Shown in pieces: positions 47,650 to 56,354 of a stretch of 64,000 bases of DNA (position 1 is its first letter; every line of letters begins with the position of its first letter). Source of the DNA: Bdellovibrionales bacterium (lineage in GTDB: Bacteria > Bdellovibrionota > Bdellovibrionia > Bdellovibrionales > UBA1609); contig OZ241877.1 in NCBI GenBank assembly GCA_965203095.1, positions 96,001-160,000 on the forward strand. Reading direction: 5' to 3'. Made by a program: the position numbers and the translations under genes. Under the pieces are notes generated by a model that had not been told where the DNA came from, made no database searches, and saw only the letters and a program-made list of their open reading frames with translations.

Positions 47650-49308
47650 TTAAATTCCTATAATTTTATAAATGGCAGTGGGAAGTTGGCAAAATTGAAT
47701 ACCGTATTTTTTCTTAAGATTTTTTTGAGTGATATAGCTTGCCGTAGCATAAACCAAGTTGATTTTTTTGGAATTTTTATTGAATTTTTGAACCGCTTCC
47801 GCAAGATCCAAATGCAAGGCACTTTTTTTGCTCATTAAAAAATCCAAATCAGGTTTATATACAAGATGAAAACTGTAATTTTCCGTTTCACCGATAAACC
47901 AAGATGGGCTAATTTTAGGGACAACATTCAAACTTTTTCCTGTTGCCGTGTAAAAAATATATTCCGCCAGTTGTTTGTAGTCGGGAAGTTTGCCCCTTAG
48001 CATATTCTCCGCATTGATTTCATCCCCCAAAGAACAATAAGTAAGGGAACCACCTAAGCCTTTTTTTAGTTTTTTATCCTTGGCTTTTGGGATGCCCTTA
48101 ATCACACGGCGAACCCGCTCCGTCGTGATTTTATCCGCATAATCCTCACACTCAACCAGAATAAATTTGCGATGGCCTCCGTCCTCTTTATTTAAGTCTA
48201 AAACTGCATGAGCTGTCGTGCCAGAACCGGCAAAAGAATCTAAAATAATAGAGTCTTTATCACTTACAATTTTAAACAAACGGATCAGCAAATTAACAGG
48301 CTTGCTATTATTAAAAATTTTTTTACCGAATATTCCTTTTTGCTCATTTGTAGCATCAGTTGTAGTTGCTAAATCATAAAAAATAGTCCGCTCTTTTATT
48401 GTTTTTGTCTGTCCGTTCAATTCATCAAGGTATTCTACTTCATAAGGGGTCCAGAGGTTTTTTCTTTTTTCCCAATGAATATGCTCTTTATCTAAATTCA
48501 CCGGACGGGTCCGCCAGTTGCCGTCCCTTCCATCAGGTGCTTTAGGATAAAAATCTTTGCCATCAGGATCTTTAATGGAATAAAACATTGTTGGACGATC
48601 CTCACGGTAAGCATTAGATCCCCATTTTTCCAACTTTGTAAAACGGCACTTTCTCCCACTTTTAACTTTGTTAAAATATTTTGAGTTGATCTCAATAGTT
48701 CGAAAAATCATGCGAAAACTGTTACTTTTTCGATAGCATAATATATAATCATGCTCTCTGGCAAAATACTCACTGTCTTGACCACCACCTGCTTTTTTTC
48801 GCCAGACTATCTCATTAACAAAATTTTCTTCCCCAAAAATTTCATCCATTATCATTCTCAATCTATGTTGTTCATTGTCATCAATAGAAATAAAAATCAC
48901 TCCATCTTCAGATAGCAATTCCTTTAATAACTGGAGCCTTGGCCACATCATGCAGAGCCATTTGTCATGTCTTTCCTGATCATCTGTTCCAATGCCGTTT
49001 TGTTTTAGCCATTCCTTTATTATGGGACTGTTGACCCTGTCGTTGTATTTCCAGCCTTCGTTTCCGGTGTTATAGGGTGGATCAATATAAATACATTTGA
49101 CTTTCCCGGAGTATCTGGGCAAAAGGGCTTTTAAGGCATGAAGATTGTCTCCATGGATGACTAAATTATCATTTAGACTTAGTGCTGATTTTCCCGTTTT
49201 TTTGTCTGACGAAAGAGATTTTTTTACATCCACTTTAAGTGTTCGGAAAGGAACTCCAAGATGATGAGAATAGATGATGGATTTTCCCTTAAAATCTAAA
49301 AAAGGCAT
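47650..49308 (-). CDS. Type III DNA methyltransferase Mod
   Basis: GDNL.ALKAL, IYIDPPYNTG, FISIDDNE, KP..L, ILDSFAGSGTTAHA; upstream of res. Confidence 0.92.
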   Translation of the reverse strand: MPFLDFKGKSIIYSHHLGVPFRTLKVDVKKSLSSDKKTGKSALSLNDNLVIHGDNLHALKALLPRYSGKVKCIYIDPPYNTGNEGWKYNDRVNSPIIKEWLKQNGIGTDDQERHDKWLCMMWPRLQLLKELLSEDGVIFISIDDNEQHRLRMIMDEIFGEENFVNEIVWRKKAGGGQDSEYFAREHDYILCYRKSNSFRMIFRTIEINSKYFNKVKSGRKCRFTKLEKWGSNAYREDRPTMFYSIKDPDGKDFYPKAPDGRDGNWRTRPVNLDKEHIHWEKRKNLWTPYEVEYLDELNGQTKTIKERTIFYDLATTTDATNEQKGIFGKKIFNNSKPVNLLIRLFKIVSDKDSIILDSFAGSGTTAHAVLDLNKEDGGHRKFILVECEDYADKITTERVRRVIKGIPKAKDKKLKKGLGGSLTYCSLGDEINAENMLRGKLPDYKQLAEYIFYTATGKSLNVVPKISPSWFIGETENYSFHLVYKPDLDFLMSKKSALHLDLAEAVQKFNKNSKKINLVYATASYITQKNLKKKYGIQFCQLPTAIYKIIGI

Positions 49309-49600
49309 ACTTTTCCTTAATAATTATATCCCGTCCCAAACCAGATGGGATTGTGTTTATGCGATCGGTTAAAGACCAGCTTCACGGGCAATTAAATAAT
49401 AACATAATGAAAAGGTAAAGGCAAACATCTATCCTGGTTTTGTCTAAAGTTGTTCTTAAGTTCTTAAGAAATAATGCAATATGTTAATCGCCTTCTTGCA
49501 TCTAATAGGAAATCATAAGTTAAGGCTATAGACTTGGCCTTTGTTGGTCCGCCGACCGTCAAAAGAAAAAAAAGCACTTTTGTCGCCTCATAATGTTAAG

Positions 49601-49674
49601 TGGAGGTGATGGCCGGATTTGAACCGACGTGAGCGGATTTGCAGTCCGCCGCCTAACCCCTCGGCCACATCACC
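49601..49674 (-). tRNA. tRNA-Cys (GCA)
   Basis: GGTGATGTGGCCGAGGGGTTAGGCGGCGGACT-GCA-AATCCGC...GGTTCAAATCC..ATCACCTCCA. Confidence 0.95.
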
Positions 49675-49764
49675 TTATTTTTTCATGCATAGCCCTTTTT
49701 GTTTTTAAAAAAGCCTTGCTATTTATAACATAAGCAAAAGTCCTGTGGCAAGGATTTAAGAGAG

Positions 49765-49975
49765 CTGGATTCCCGCTTTCGCGGGAGCTAAAAAGCCTAC
49801 GGGCTTTTTTAACAGGCTGAGGCTTTTTCATGGGCGACTATGGTAGTGGATTCCCGCTCAATGCGGGAGCTAAAAAGCTTGGGGGGCTTTTTGGCAAACT
49901 AAGCCGTTTTTAAATAAGTTTTTTTGGATTCCCGCTCAAGGAGGCGGGAAAGACTGGCTCGGCGGGAAGGACGGG
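49765..49975. repeat. cluster of REP-like palindromes plus a MITE right end
   Basis: GGATTCCCGC..GCGGGAGCTAAAAAGC x2, a third degenerate copy, and TTTTTCATGGGCGACTA. Confidence 0.75.
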
Positions 49976-51153
49976 ATTGCAGAATCCACCAAAGAGTGAA
50001 ATCCAGGAAAGCTTTTGCTAACACATTCCTCCCCCTTCACAGTCACAGGAACACCTATAGCCTGAGCTAAAGCCCCTGCCATAGCCATACGATGATCTTT
50101 TGCAGAATCAAAAACAAAGGGAGAGACTTTAGGCCATATCTTCCGGCCATGAATGAGGAAAACCTCTTTTTTGATTAAAGACTCTATCCCACAAAGTTTT
50201 AAAAGCTCTTGAGTTTTTTCTATCCGAGGGGATTCTTTAAAAGCCAGATGAGATATATCTTTAAGCTGGCTTGTGCCTTCCGCCTTAGCACACAAAACAG
50301 AAAGCATGGGGAACAGATCAGGTGTTTCTTTTAAACTTATATTTATGGGCTTTAAATTCTCACATTTAGAAACAATTAGTTTTTTGTTTTCAAAGGAAAT
50401 AATAACTCCCATTTCACTTAAAATTTTAGGAAATATATTGTCCGGCTGAAGGCTCACTTCCTCCCAATCTAAAAAAATAGCTTGCCCCTTAATAACAGCA
50501 AAAACAGCTAAGGCAAATAAACAACTTTTGTCTTGCTCTACGGTGTAAGAGCTTTTTTTTAAAATCTGATTTTTTGGAATAAAAAACTCCTGGCCGTTTT
50601 GTTGAACTTCCATGCCCAATTTTTTAACAAAATTCAAAGTCATTTGAAAATAAGAATGAGACACTGCCCCTCGGCTTAAGGAAAAATACAGGTCTTGATC
50701 TAACTTCCAACTGTTTAAAACCAAAGCAGAACTGTATTGGCTGGAGTTTTGAGAGGGGATATGAAGGCCATCGCCTTGCAGTCTCCAACCCTTTGAAGAG
50801 ATGAAAAAGCCATTGTCTCTTTTTTCTACTCGAACAGAAAGTTGAGGCAAAAGGCTTAAAATTTCCTGAAGGGGTCTTTTTAGAAGAGGGGGATCTGCGG
50901 TAAGTAAAAACTCCCCCTTTTCGCGAGACAGGCGAAAGGCTAAAAAACGAAAAGCCGTCCCGCTCAAACCACAGTGAATTTCTTGTTTTTGCTTAAAATT
51001 TTTTATGGCAGAACTCATAATGCGAATATCATCGCAAAGGCTTGTCCCTTGAACGGAAAAGTGAGAGAACCAACTCTTCACAATCAAAGCTCTATTCAAA
51101 AGAGATTTTGAAAGTGGCCCTCGTCCTAAAAAATAAAAATCATCTTGAGACAT
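49936..51153 (-). CDS. aroA: 3-phosphoshikimate 1-carboxyvinyltransferase
   Basis: SKSLLNRAL, G.SGTAFRF, SSQYSSAL, PDLFP, KES.RI, DHRMAM, VSKSFP.F. Confidence 0.9.
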   Translation of the reverse strand: MSQDDFYFLGRGPLSKSLLNRALIVKSWFSHFSVQGTSLCDDIRIMSSAIKNFKQKQEIHCGLSGTAFRFLAFRLSREKGEFLLTADPPLLKRPLQEILSLLPQLSVRVEKRDNGFFISSKGWRLQGDGLHIPSQNSSQYSSALVLNSWKLDQDLYFSLSRGAVSHSYFQMTLNFVKKLGMEVQQNGQEFFIPKNQILKKSSYTVEQDKSCLFALAVFAVIKGQAIFLDWEEVSLQPDNIFPKILSEMGVIISFENKKLIVSKCENLKPINISLKETPDLFPMLSVLCAKAEGTSQLKDISHLAFKESPRIEKTQELLKLCGIESLIKKEVFLIHGRKIWPKVSPFVFDSAKDHRMAMAGALAQAIGVPVTVKGEECVSKSFPGFHSLVDSAIPSFPPSQSFPPP

Positions 51154-51176
51154 TTTATCCTAAAAAAGCTTTGTTC

Positions 51177-52193
51177 TCAAAGAGAGCTGATAAACTTCCT
51201 CCAATCAGAATTTCTCCAGTTGAGATTTCCCGTATTGAAAATATAGGCGGAATCATGGGAAAATTTGTTTATACCTCTAAACTTGATATCCCCTTCAATC
51301 TCTTCTCTCTTTTTTATATCTTTTAAAAAAGAACGGCTATATTTCCCTTGCCATGAGTGGATTGTGTAATGTTTGATTCCTTTTTTCCCTTTATATTTAT
51401 ATTGCTCTGATTGAAAATCCTTTGTTAAGACAAAACCAGCAATATAAGCAGGAATTTTCTCTAAGTTAGGGATAGCATTAAAAAAAGCTCCAGCCTCTTC
51501 TTTTTTAAAATAACCTTTTTCAACCGCTCTTTTTAGCAATTTGTCTTTAAAAACACTTATCTTTTTAAAAAAAGAAAAAATATGACTTTTTTCCAGAATC
51601 AACTGGACCAGAATATGACAATCTGAATGGTGAAATTGAGTTCCCGGAATATCTAACCACATTCCATTTAGGCTTGTCGTTTTTATTCCAATAGTTTTTT
51701 TAGGCTTTCTAAATTTTAAATCTTCCCTCTTTTTAATTTCATAAATATCAGTATGAATAAATTTTTTTAACTCTCCTGCCCTGTGTTCAAGCTTTGATTC
51801 TATATTAAATTTTTCCCATAAAAATTTCTGAAATGCTTTTTCGCCAAGGTAGCCTCTTGTAGTGTCCGCCCATTTTTGATTAAAATCCCTTTGTCTTGAG
51901 CTTCCAAAATCTGTCTCAGCAAAATTCTTTAATGATTTTAATGCATTTAAGCATACCTCCTCATAGTCTGATACTGTTAAAAAAACAGTATTGTTTTTAA
52001 TTCGTTTTTCAATCCATTCCGCACTTTCTTTCTCATTGGCAAATTCTCCTGAAATATAAGATTTTTTATAGAACTTCTCACTATTGAGCTGATTTAAACC
52101 AAGAAGATCAGAAATTTTCTTAACATGATTTTTATTTGGTATCATTTTATAAACCCATTTCCATTTGAGTGGAGTCCGCAAAATCTTCCGCAA
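51177..52193 (-). CDS. putative Type II restriction endonuclease (likely start 52145)
   Basis: Directly downstream of a C5-MTase, AT-rich, G.LGE.AF helix with D...(I)GIK nuclease-like motif. Confidence 0.6.
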   Translation of the reverse strand: MRKILRTPLKWKWVYKMIPNKNHVKKISDLLGLNQLNSEKFYKKSYISGEFANEKESAEWIEKRIKNNTVFLTVSDYEEVCLNALKSLKNFAETDFGSSRQRDFNQKWADTTRGYLGEKAFQKFLWEKFNIESKLEHRAGELKKFIHTDIYEIKKREDLKFRKPKKTIGIKTTSLNGMWLDIPGTQFHHSDCHILVQLILEKSHIFSFFKKISVFKDKLLKRAVEKGYFKKEEAGAFFNAIPNLEKIPAYIAGFVLTKDFQSEQYKYKGKKGIKHYTIHSWQGKYSRSFLKDIKKREEIEGDIKFRGINKFSHDSAYIFNTGNLNWRNSDWRKFISSL

Positions 52194-53274
52194 ATGTTCT
52201 TTCTGTAGAGATATAAGGGTAAGGAATTTTAAATAAAGTTTTTATCATAGACTCAAAAAGAAGACAGGACATTTTTGGCGGGACAGCCATCCCAATCTGC
52301 CTTCTAACACTTCCAATATTCCCCTCAAAAACAAAATCATCAGGGAAGGTTTGAAGTCTGGCCCTTTCTCTGTTAGTCAAGGGGCGATCTTCCTTCCAAT
52401 GATAACCATAAGTCCCACCGCCTCCGCTCCCTGTGATCGTATAAGAGGGTTTATTTTCATCTAATCGTCTATATATATGGCTTAATCGAGTAGCAGAGTG
52501 AATCTTCAAATCCTCTGGCATGTCTGAGTTCCATATATTCTGCCATGGTTTTATATATCTCAGCCGCTCAACAACTTTACCAGAAACCTTTATAAAATCA
52601 TGGTTTCTTTCCGTAGGGCTTATTGGAGGTTGTTCCAAAGCAGTCTTTGCACTGACACAATTCCCAATATGGCTTGGCTGGGGAATGTTGAAAACCAAGT
52701 TCAAATCCCGCCTCACACCGGCAATAATAATCCTATGTCTCATTTGAGGGATACCGTATTCCTCAAACCGATATTTGTGAAATGTCAAATGATAGCCTTT
52801 TCCAGCACTTTGAAGATCATTTAGTATTTTGAGAAAAGCTTTTCCTTTATTTGCACTAAGAATACCTCCCACATTTTCTGCAAGAAAAGCTTTGGGGTTC
52901 CACTGCTTTAAAACCTCTATCCCGTATTTGTATAAAGGGCCGAATTTCCCTTTGACGCCTTTATGCTCTCCAACAATGCTGAAATCATTGCAGGGAAAGC
53001 CATAAGAAAAAATGTCAATAGGGCTTAAAGATCCTATATTTAGAGTTCTGACATCCTGATGGAGCACGAGGGCCAAAGAGGATACATTTTTTTTGTAAGT
53101 CAAGCAACTGTCTCTATCGGAGTCACAAGCCCATTCATGCTTGATTTTATAAATGTTCTTTTTGTCCTCCACAAGGGCTTTTTTAGCCCCTAAGCTCATG
53201 CCCCCTGGACCGCAAAACAGCTCCCCATATTTTAACTGAATTGTCTTTTTCATAGCTGGTTTCTTTATACCCAC
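52147..53274 (-). CDS. DNA (cytosine-5)-methyltransferase (likely start 53253)
   Basis: ELFCGPGG, GFPCNDFS, ENV, PQ.R.R, RE.ARLQTFPDDF, QIGMAVPP. Confidence 0.95.
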   Translation of the reverse strand: MGIKKPAMKKTIQLKYGELFCGPGGMSLGAKKALVEDKKNIYKIKHEWACDSDRDSCLTYKKNVSSLALVLHQDVRTLNIGSLSPIDIFSYGFPCNDFSIVGEHKGVKGKFGPLYKYGIEVLKQWNPKAFLAENVGGILSANKGKAFLKILNDLQSAGKGYHLTFHKYRFEEYGIPQMRHRIIIAGVRRDLNLVFNIPQPSHIGNCVSAKTALEQPPISPTERNHDFIKVSGKVVERLRYIKPWQNIWNSDMPEDLKIHSATRLSHIYRRLDENKPSYTITGSGGGGTYGYHWKEDRPLTNRERARLQTFPDDFVFEGNIGSVRRQIGMAVPPKMSCLLFESMIKTLFKIPYPYISTERTFAEDFADSTQMEMGL

Positions 53275-53277
53275 TTG

Positions 53278-53306
53278 ATCTTAAGTTTTCAAGTGAGGGC
53301 TGTCAA
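53278..53306 (-). promoter_or_regulatory. sigma70 promoter of the C5-MTase
   Basis: TTGACA-17 nt-TAAGAT. Confidence 0.65.
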
Positions 53307-53426
53307 ATGGGTTTGAGAAGAACCTGATCATCTTCCTGTTTTTTTGGATGGGAGGGCTTTTTTTCAAGACGGGAGGACTGCTTTTCTTATCCTAATCCGA
53401 ATAGAAGTTTTTATAGCTAATACTCT

Positions 53427-54461
53427 TTAAAGCAAAAGGTTCTGCCTTTTTGCTTCCTCTAACAACTCGCTTTCCTTAACCGATTTTATAAAAACATCTC
53501 CTGGTTTTTTTATAAAGACAAAATCCAACCGATGATTTTCCCTATGTTTTTTATCTTGTTCGAGTTGTTTTTTAAATAAAGAGCGATTGATCTTAGGGGT
53601 AGATACTGAGGGGATAAGAGTTCGCATTTCCTCAAAAAATTTTTTGCTTATAAACTTTTTTTGAAAACTCCAATTTAAACTAAAAATAAGCCCTCTTAAA
53701 ACGGCTGAACCGTGGGAGAGCTTAGGGCAAAGGGACTCCAAAACATGACCTACAGTATGCCCCAAGTTGAGTTTAGCCCTCAAACCTTGTTTTTCAAAAG
53801 GATCTTGCCGGACGATTTTCATTTTGGCCTGAATGGCTAAAGGGATAAAATGTTCTATCCCCATAAAAGAATCTGCTTTTAGTTTTTTATAAAATCTCCC
53901 TCCCTCAATAAAAGCTATTTTTAAAAGCTCTGCTCTTGCCGACTCTATAAGATGCGGTGGGTTTTGTTTCAACAAACTTTTAACTATAAAAACCGCTTGA
54001 GGGAAATGCCATCCCCCCAAAAGATTTTTTGTATTTTGAAAGTTAATGGCCGTCTTTCCCCCATGGGCCGAATCTATGGCAGAAAGCCATGTCGTGGGGA
54101 AATGAATTACCGGGAGCCCCCTCTTGTAAATCAAAGCCAAAAAGCCAGTGAGATCTATAATGCTCCCACCACCAAAGCTTATAAAAAGTAGTGAACTTCG
54201 GTCAAAATCCCGATTCAAAGATAAAATTTTTTTGATATGTGAGGGAAGATTCTCTAAACTTTTACTTTTTTCCCCAGGACTCAAATAGTAAAACTTAATT
54301 GAGCTTTGCCTCCATCTGTTGAGTGAGGGGTGAGACTTAAACCTCTTGTCACAAAAAACCAAAGCTTGCTTTATCGGAAGTCCCCCAACACGCAGGACTT
54401 TTTGTAAAGGAGGTATATTATTATAAAAAAAAACAGGGTTTAAGGTTTGAGGCCCTTTCAT
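53427..54461 (-). CDS. aroB: 3-dehydroquinate synthase
   Basis: GEKSKS, GGG.IIDLTGF, PTT.L...DS..GGKT, KN..G, LNLGHT.GH..E, HG.AV. Confidence 0.92.
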   Translation of the reverse strand: MKGPQTLNPVFFYNNIPPLQKVLRVGGLPIKQALVFCDKRFKSHPSLNRWRQSSIKFYYLSPGEKSKSLENLPSHIKKILSLNRDFDRSSLLFISFGGGSIIDLTGFLALIYKRGLPVIHFPTTWLSAIDSAHGGKTAINFQNTKNLLGGWHFPQAVFIVKSLLKQNPPHLIESARAELLKIAFIEGGRFYKKLKADSFMGIEHFIPLAIQAKMKIVRQDPFEKQGLRAKLNLGHTVGHVLESLCPKLSHGSAVLRGLIFSLNWSFQKKFISKKFFEEMRTLIPSVSTPKINRSLFKKQLEQDKKHRENHRLDFVFIKKPGDVFIKSVKESELLEEAKRQNLLL

Positions 54462-55708
54462 TCATCAACCCCTATGTCTTTTCTATAGTGCAAACCCTGC
54501 CAAGAGATCTTTTCTGCATGCTGGTAAGCCCTTTTGAGGGCTGATTCTTGAGAATCTCCCACAGCTACAGCACTTAAAACTCTGCCCCCTTTATTCATCC
54601 ATTGGCCCTCTCTTCGAGTTAAAGCACCATGGATAAACCAGCTGTTTTCTGTCTTATAGTAAATTGAACCTTTTATAGGACGGGAGGGAATAGGGCCTTC
54701 AGGGTAATTTTCAGCACACAAAACCACACAGGCAGAGCATAGCTTTTTCCATTTCAGTTGAGGTAAATGATTAGAGGCCACTTGATAAAATAGATCTGCC
54801 CAAGAGCCGTCCAACAAAGGGAGCAAAACTTGAGCTTCTGGATCCCCTAACCGGACATTGTATTCTAAAACCTTAGGAATATTTTTGTTAATCATCAAGC
54901 CCAAATACAAAACACCATTATAGCTTAAGCCTCTTTTTTTTAAACCTTTGAGCGTGGCTTTTATGACTGTGTTTTCAATTCGCTCAACTAAATCAGAAGG
55001 CAAGGCTTGAGGGGCCACTGCCCCCATTCCTCCCGTATTAGGCCCTTTTTGCCCTTCATAAAGCCTTTTATAATCTTTAGCCACAGGGAGAGACTGATAA
55101 GATTCTCCATTACTGATTATAAAAAATGAAAGCTCTTTTCCAGATTGAAAATCCTCTAAAAGAGCTCGTTTTCCGGCAGAACCTAAGCCTTGTTTTTCAA
55201 ACAGGAAATAAGCTCTCTCCTCAAGCTGGGATCGATTTTCACATATAAAAACCCCTTTGCCTCCGGCCAAGCCATCCGCTTTCAAAACGAAAGGGGGAAA
55301 AAAACTTTCCATAGCCTGCAAAGTTTCAGAAACAGAGGACACCACACGATAAGAAGCCGTAGGGATCCCCTGCTCCTTCATAAATTGTTTTGCAAAAATT
55401 TTGCTGGCCTCCAACTGAGCTGACCCAGCCCCAGGGCCAAAAACTTTTAAACCTTTTTTCTTAAGAAAATCAGATAAACCCTCAGCCAAAGGTTTTTCCG
55501 GCCCTATCACTACCAGATCCACTTCTTCCTTTTTTAACCGGAGGGACAAAGCCTCCCGATCATTTAAAAGCTCAGGGGGTAGCCCCACAGTCTCTCGCAA
55601 ACTGCTTCTTTCTGGAAGGCTATAAACTGCACTTACTTTTTTATCCTCTACCAAAGCTTTAACTATGGCGTGCTCCCTCCCTCCCTCTCCTACAACTAAA
55701 ATTTTCAT
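54458..55708 (-). CDS. purD: phosphoribosylamine--glycine ligase
   Basis: G.GGREHA, GPE.PL, LEASK, KADGLAGGKGV, GPNTGGMG, EYNVR.GDPE. Confidence 0.96.
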   Translation of the reverse strand: MKILVVGEGGREHAIVKALVEDKKVSAVYSLPERSSLRETVGLPPELLNDREALSLRLKKEEVDLVVIGPEKPLAEGLSDFLKKKGLKVFGPGAGSAQLEASKIFAKQFMKEQGIPTASYRVVSSVSETLQAMESFFPPFVLKADGLAGGKGVFICENRSQLEERAYFLFEKQGLGSAGKRALLEDFQSGKELSFFIISNGESYQSLPVAKDYKRLYEGQKGPNTGGMGAVAPQALPSDLVERIENTVIKATLKGLKKRGLSYNGVLYLGLMINKNIPKVLEYNVRLGDPEAQVLLPLLDGSWADLFYQVASNHLPQLKWKKLCSACVVLCAENYPEGPIPSRPIKGSIYYKTENSWFIHGALTRREGQWMNKGGRVLSAVAVGDSQESALKRAYQHAEKISWQGLHYRKDIGVDE

Positions 55709-55714
55709 TGTTCA

Positions 55715-55743
55715 ATTATACCTTTATGTTGGATTTTAAGCAA
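55715..55743 (-). promoter_or_regulatory. purD promoter, probably leaderless
   Basis: TTGCTT-17 nt-TATAAT, 6 nt to ATG, no SD. Confidence 0.7.
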
Positions 55744-55949
55744 GACTTTTTCCAGCTTGTTCCCGGAAAAGATACCTTGGACCCTCATGGAATGGCTTTG
55801 GGCAAAAGAAGTTTAAAGGATAGTTTTTGGCTATGGCTACACCTGATATTTCAGTTGGTCTGAGTATAACTCTCTATGAAAAAGCTACATTTATATGGAT
55901 GGCATAAACAAAAATCCAACTTGTTCCCGGGGGACTAAAATAGAACCTA

Positions 55950-56354
55950 TCAAGGGAGAAAAAGATCTTTGGGCCTGTGGGAAGGCCAAACAAAATCTTT
56001 TTTCCCAAAAAATATATATCTTCTTTTAGCAATGAATCGATAAAAAACATTAAAAAACCAAGAAGGGATAAAAGATAAAACCCAACCGTAGCGAGGGTAA
56101 AGTGTCTGAAAAATATTTTTTATGGCCAAACTCTCTTTTAAAACAATGCCCTTTTTTAAAAGGATGATGGATTTTAAATCCTCTTGATCCTCTTTTTTTA
56201 AATGGAGTTGGGCCGTCGAGCCTTGTAAAGGGGCATATAAAAAATAGCTTTGCCTATCCCTTTTAAAAACAAAATGAATAAATCGGCCACAAAGGCCACA
56301 CTGGCCATCAAAAAAAATGATATAGGATTCCCTTATCACCAAACTTTTTTCCAC
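55950..56354 (-). CDS. DCC1-like/DUF393 thiol-disulfide oxidoreductase
   Basis: FFDGQCGLC, APLQG, YR.IA.RRY..FGK. Confidence 0.88.
   Translation of the reverse strand: MEKSLVIRESYIIFFDGQCGLCGRFIHFVFKRDRQSYFLYAPLQGSTAQLHLKKEDQEDLKSIILLKKGIVLKESLAIKNIFQTLYPRYGWVLSFIPSWFFNVFYRFIAKRRYIFFGKKDFVWPSHRPKDLFLP

Noticed and set aside
49936..49985. Unusual Pro-rich C-terminus of AroA
   Set aside because: Read-through into an adjacent REP-like palindrome; unlikely to be functional.
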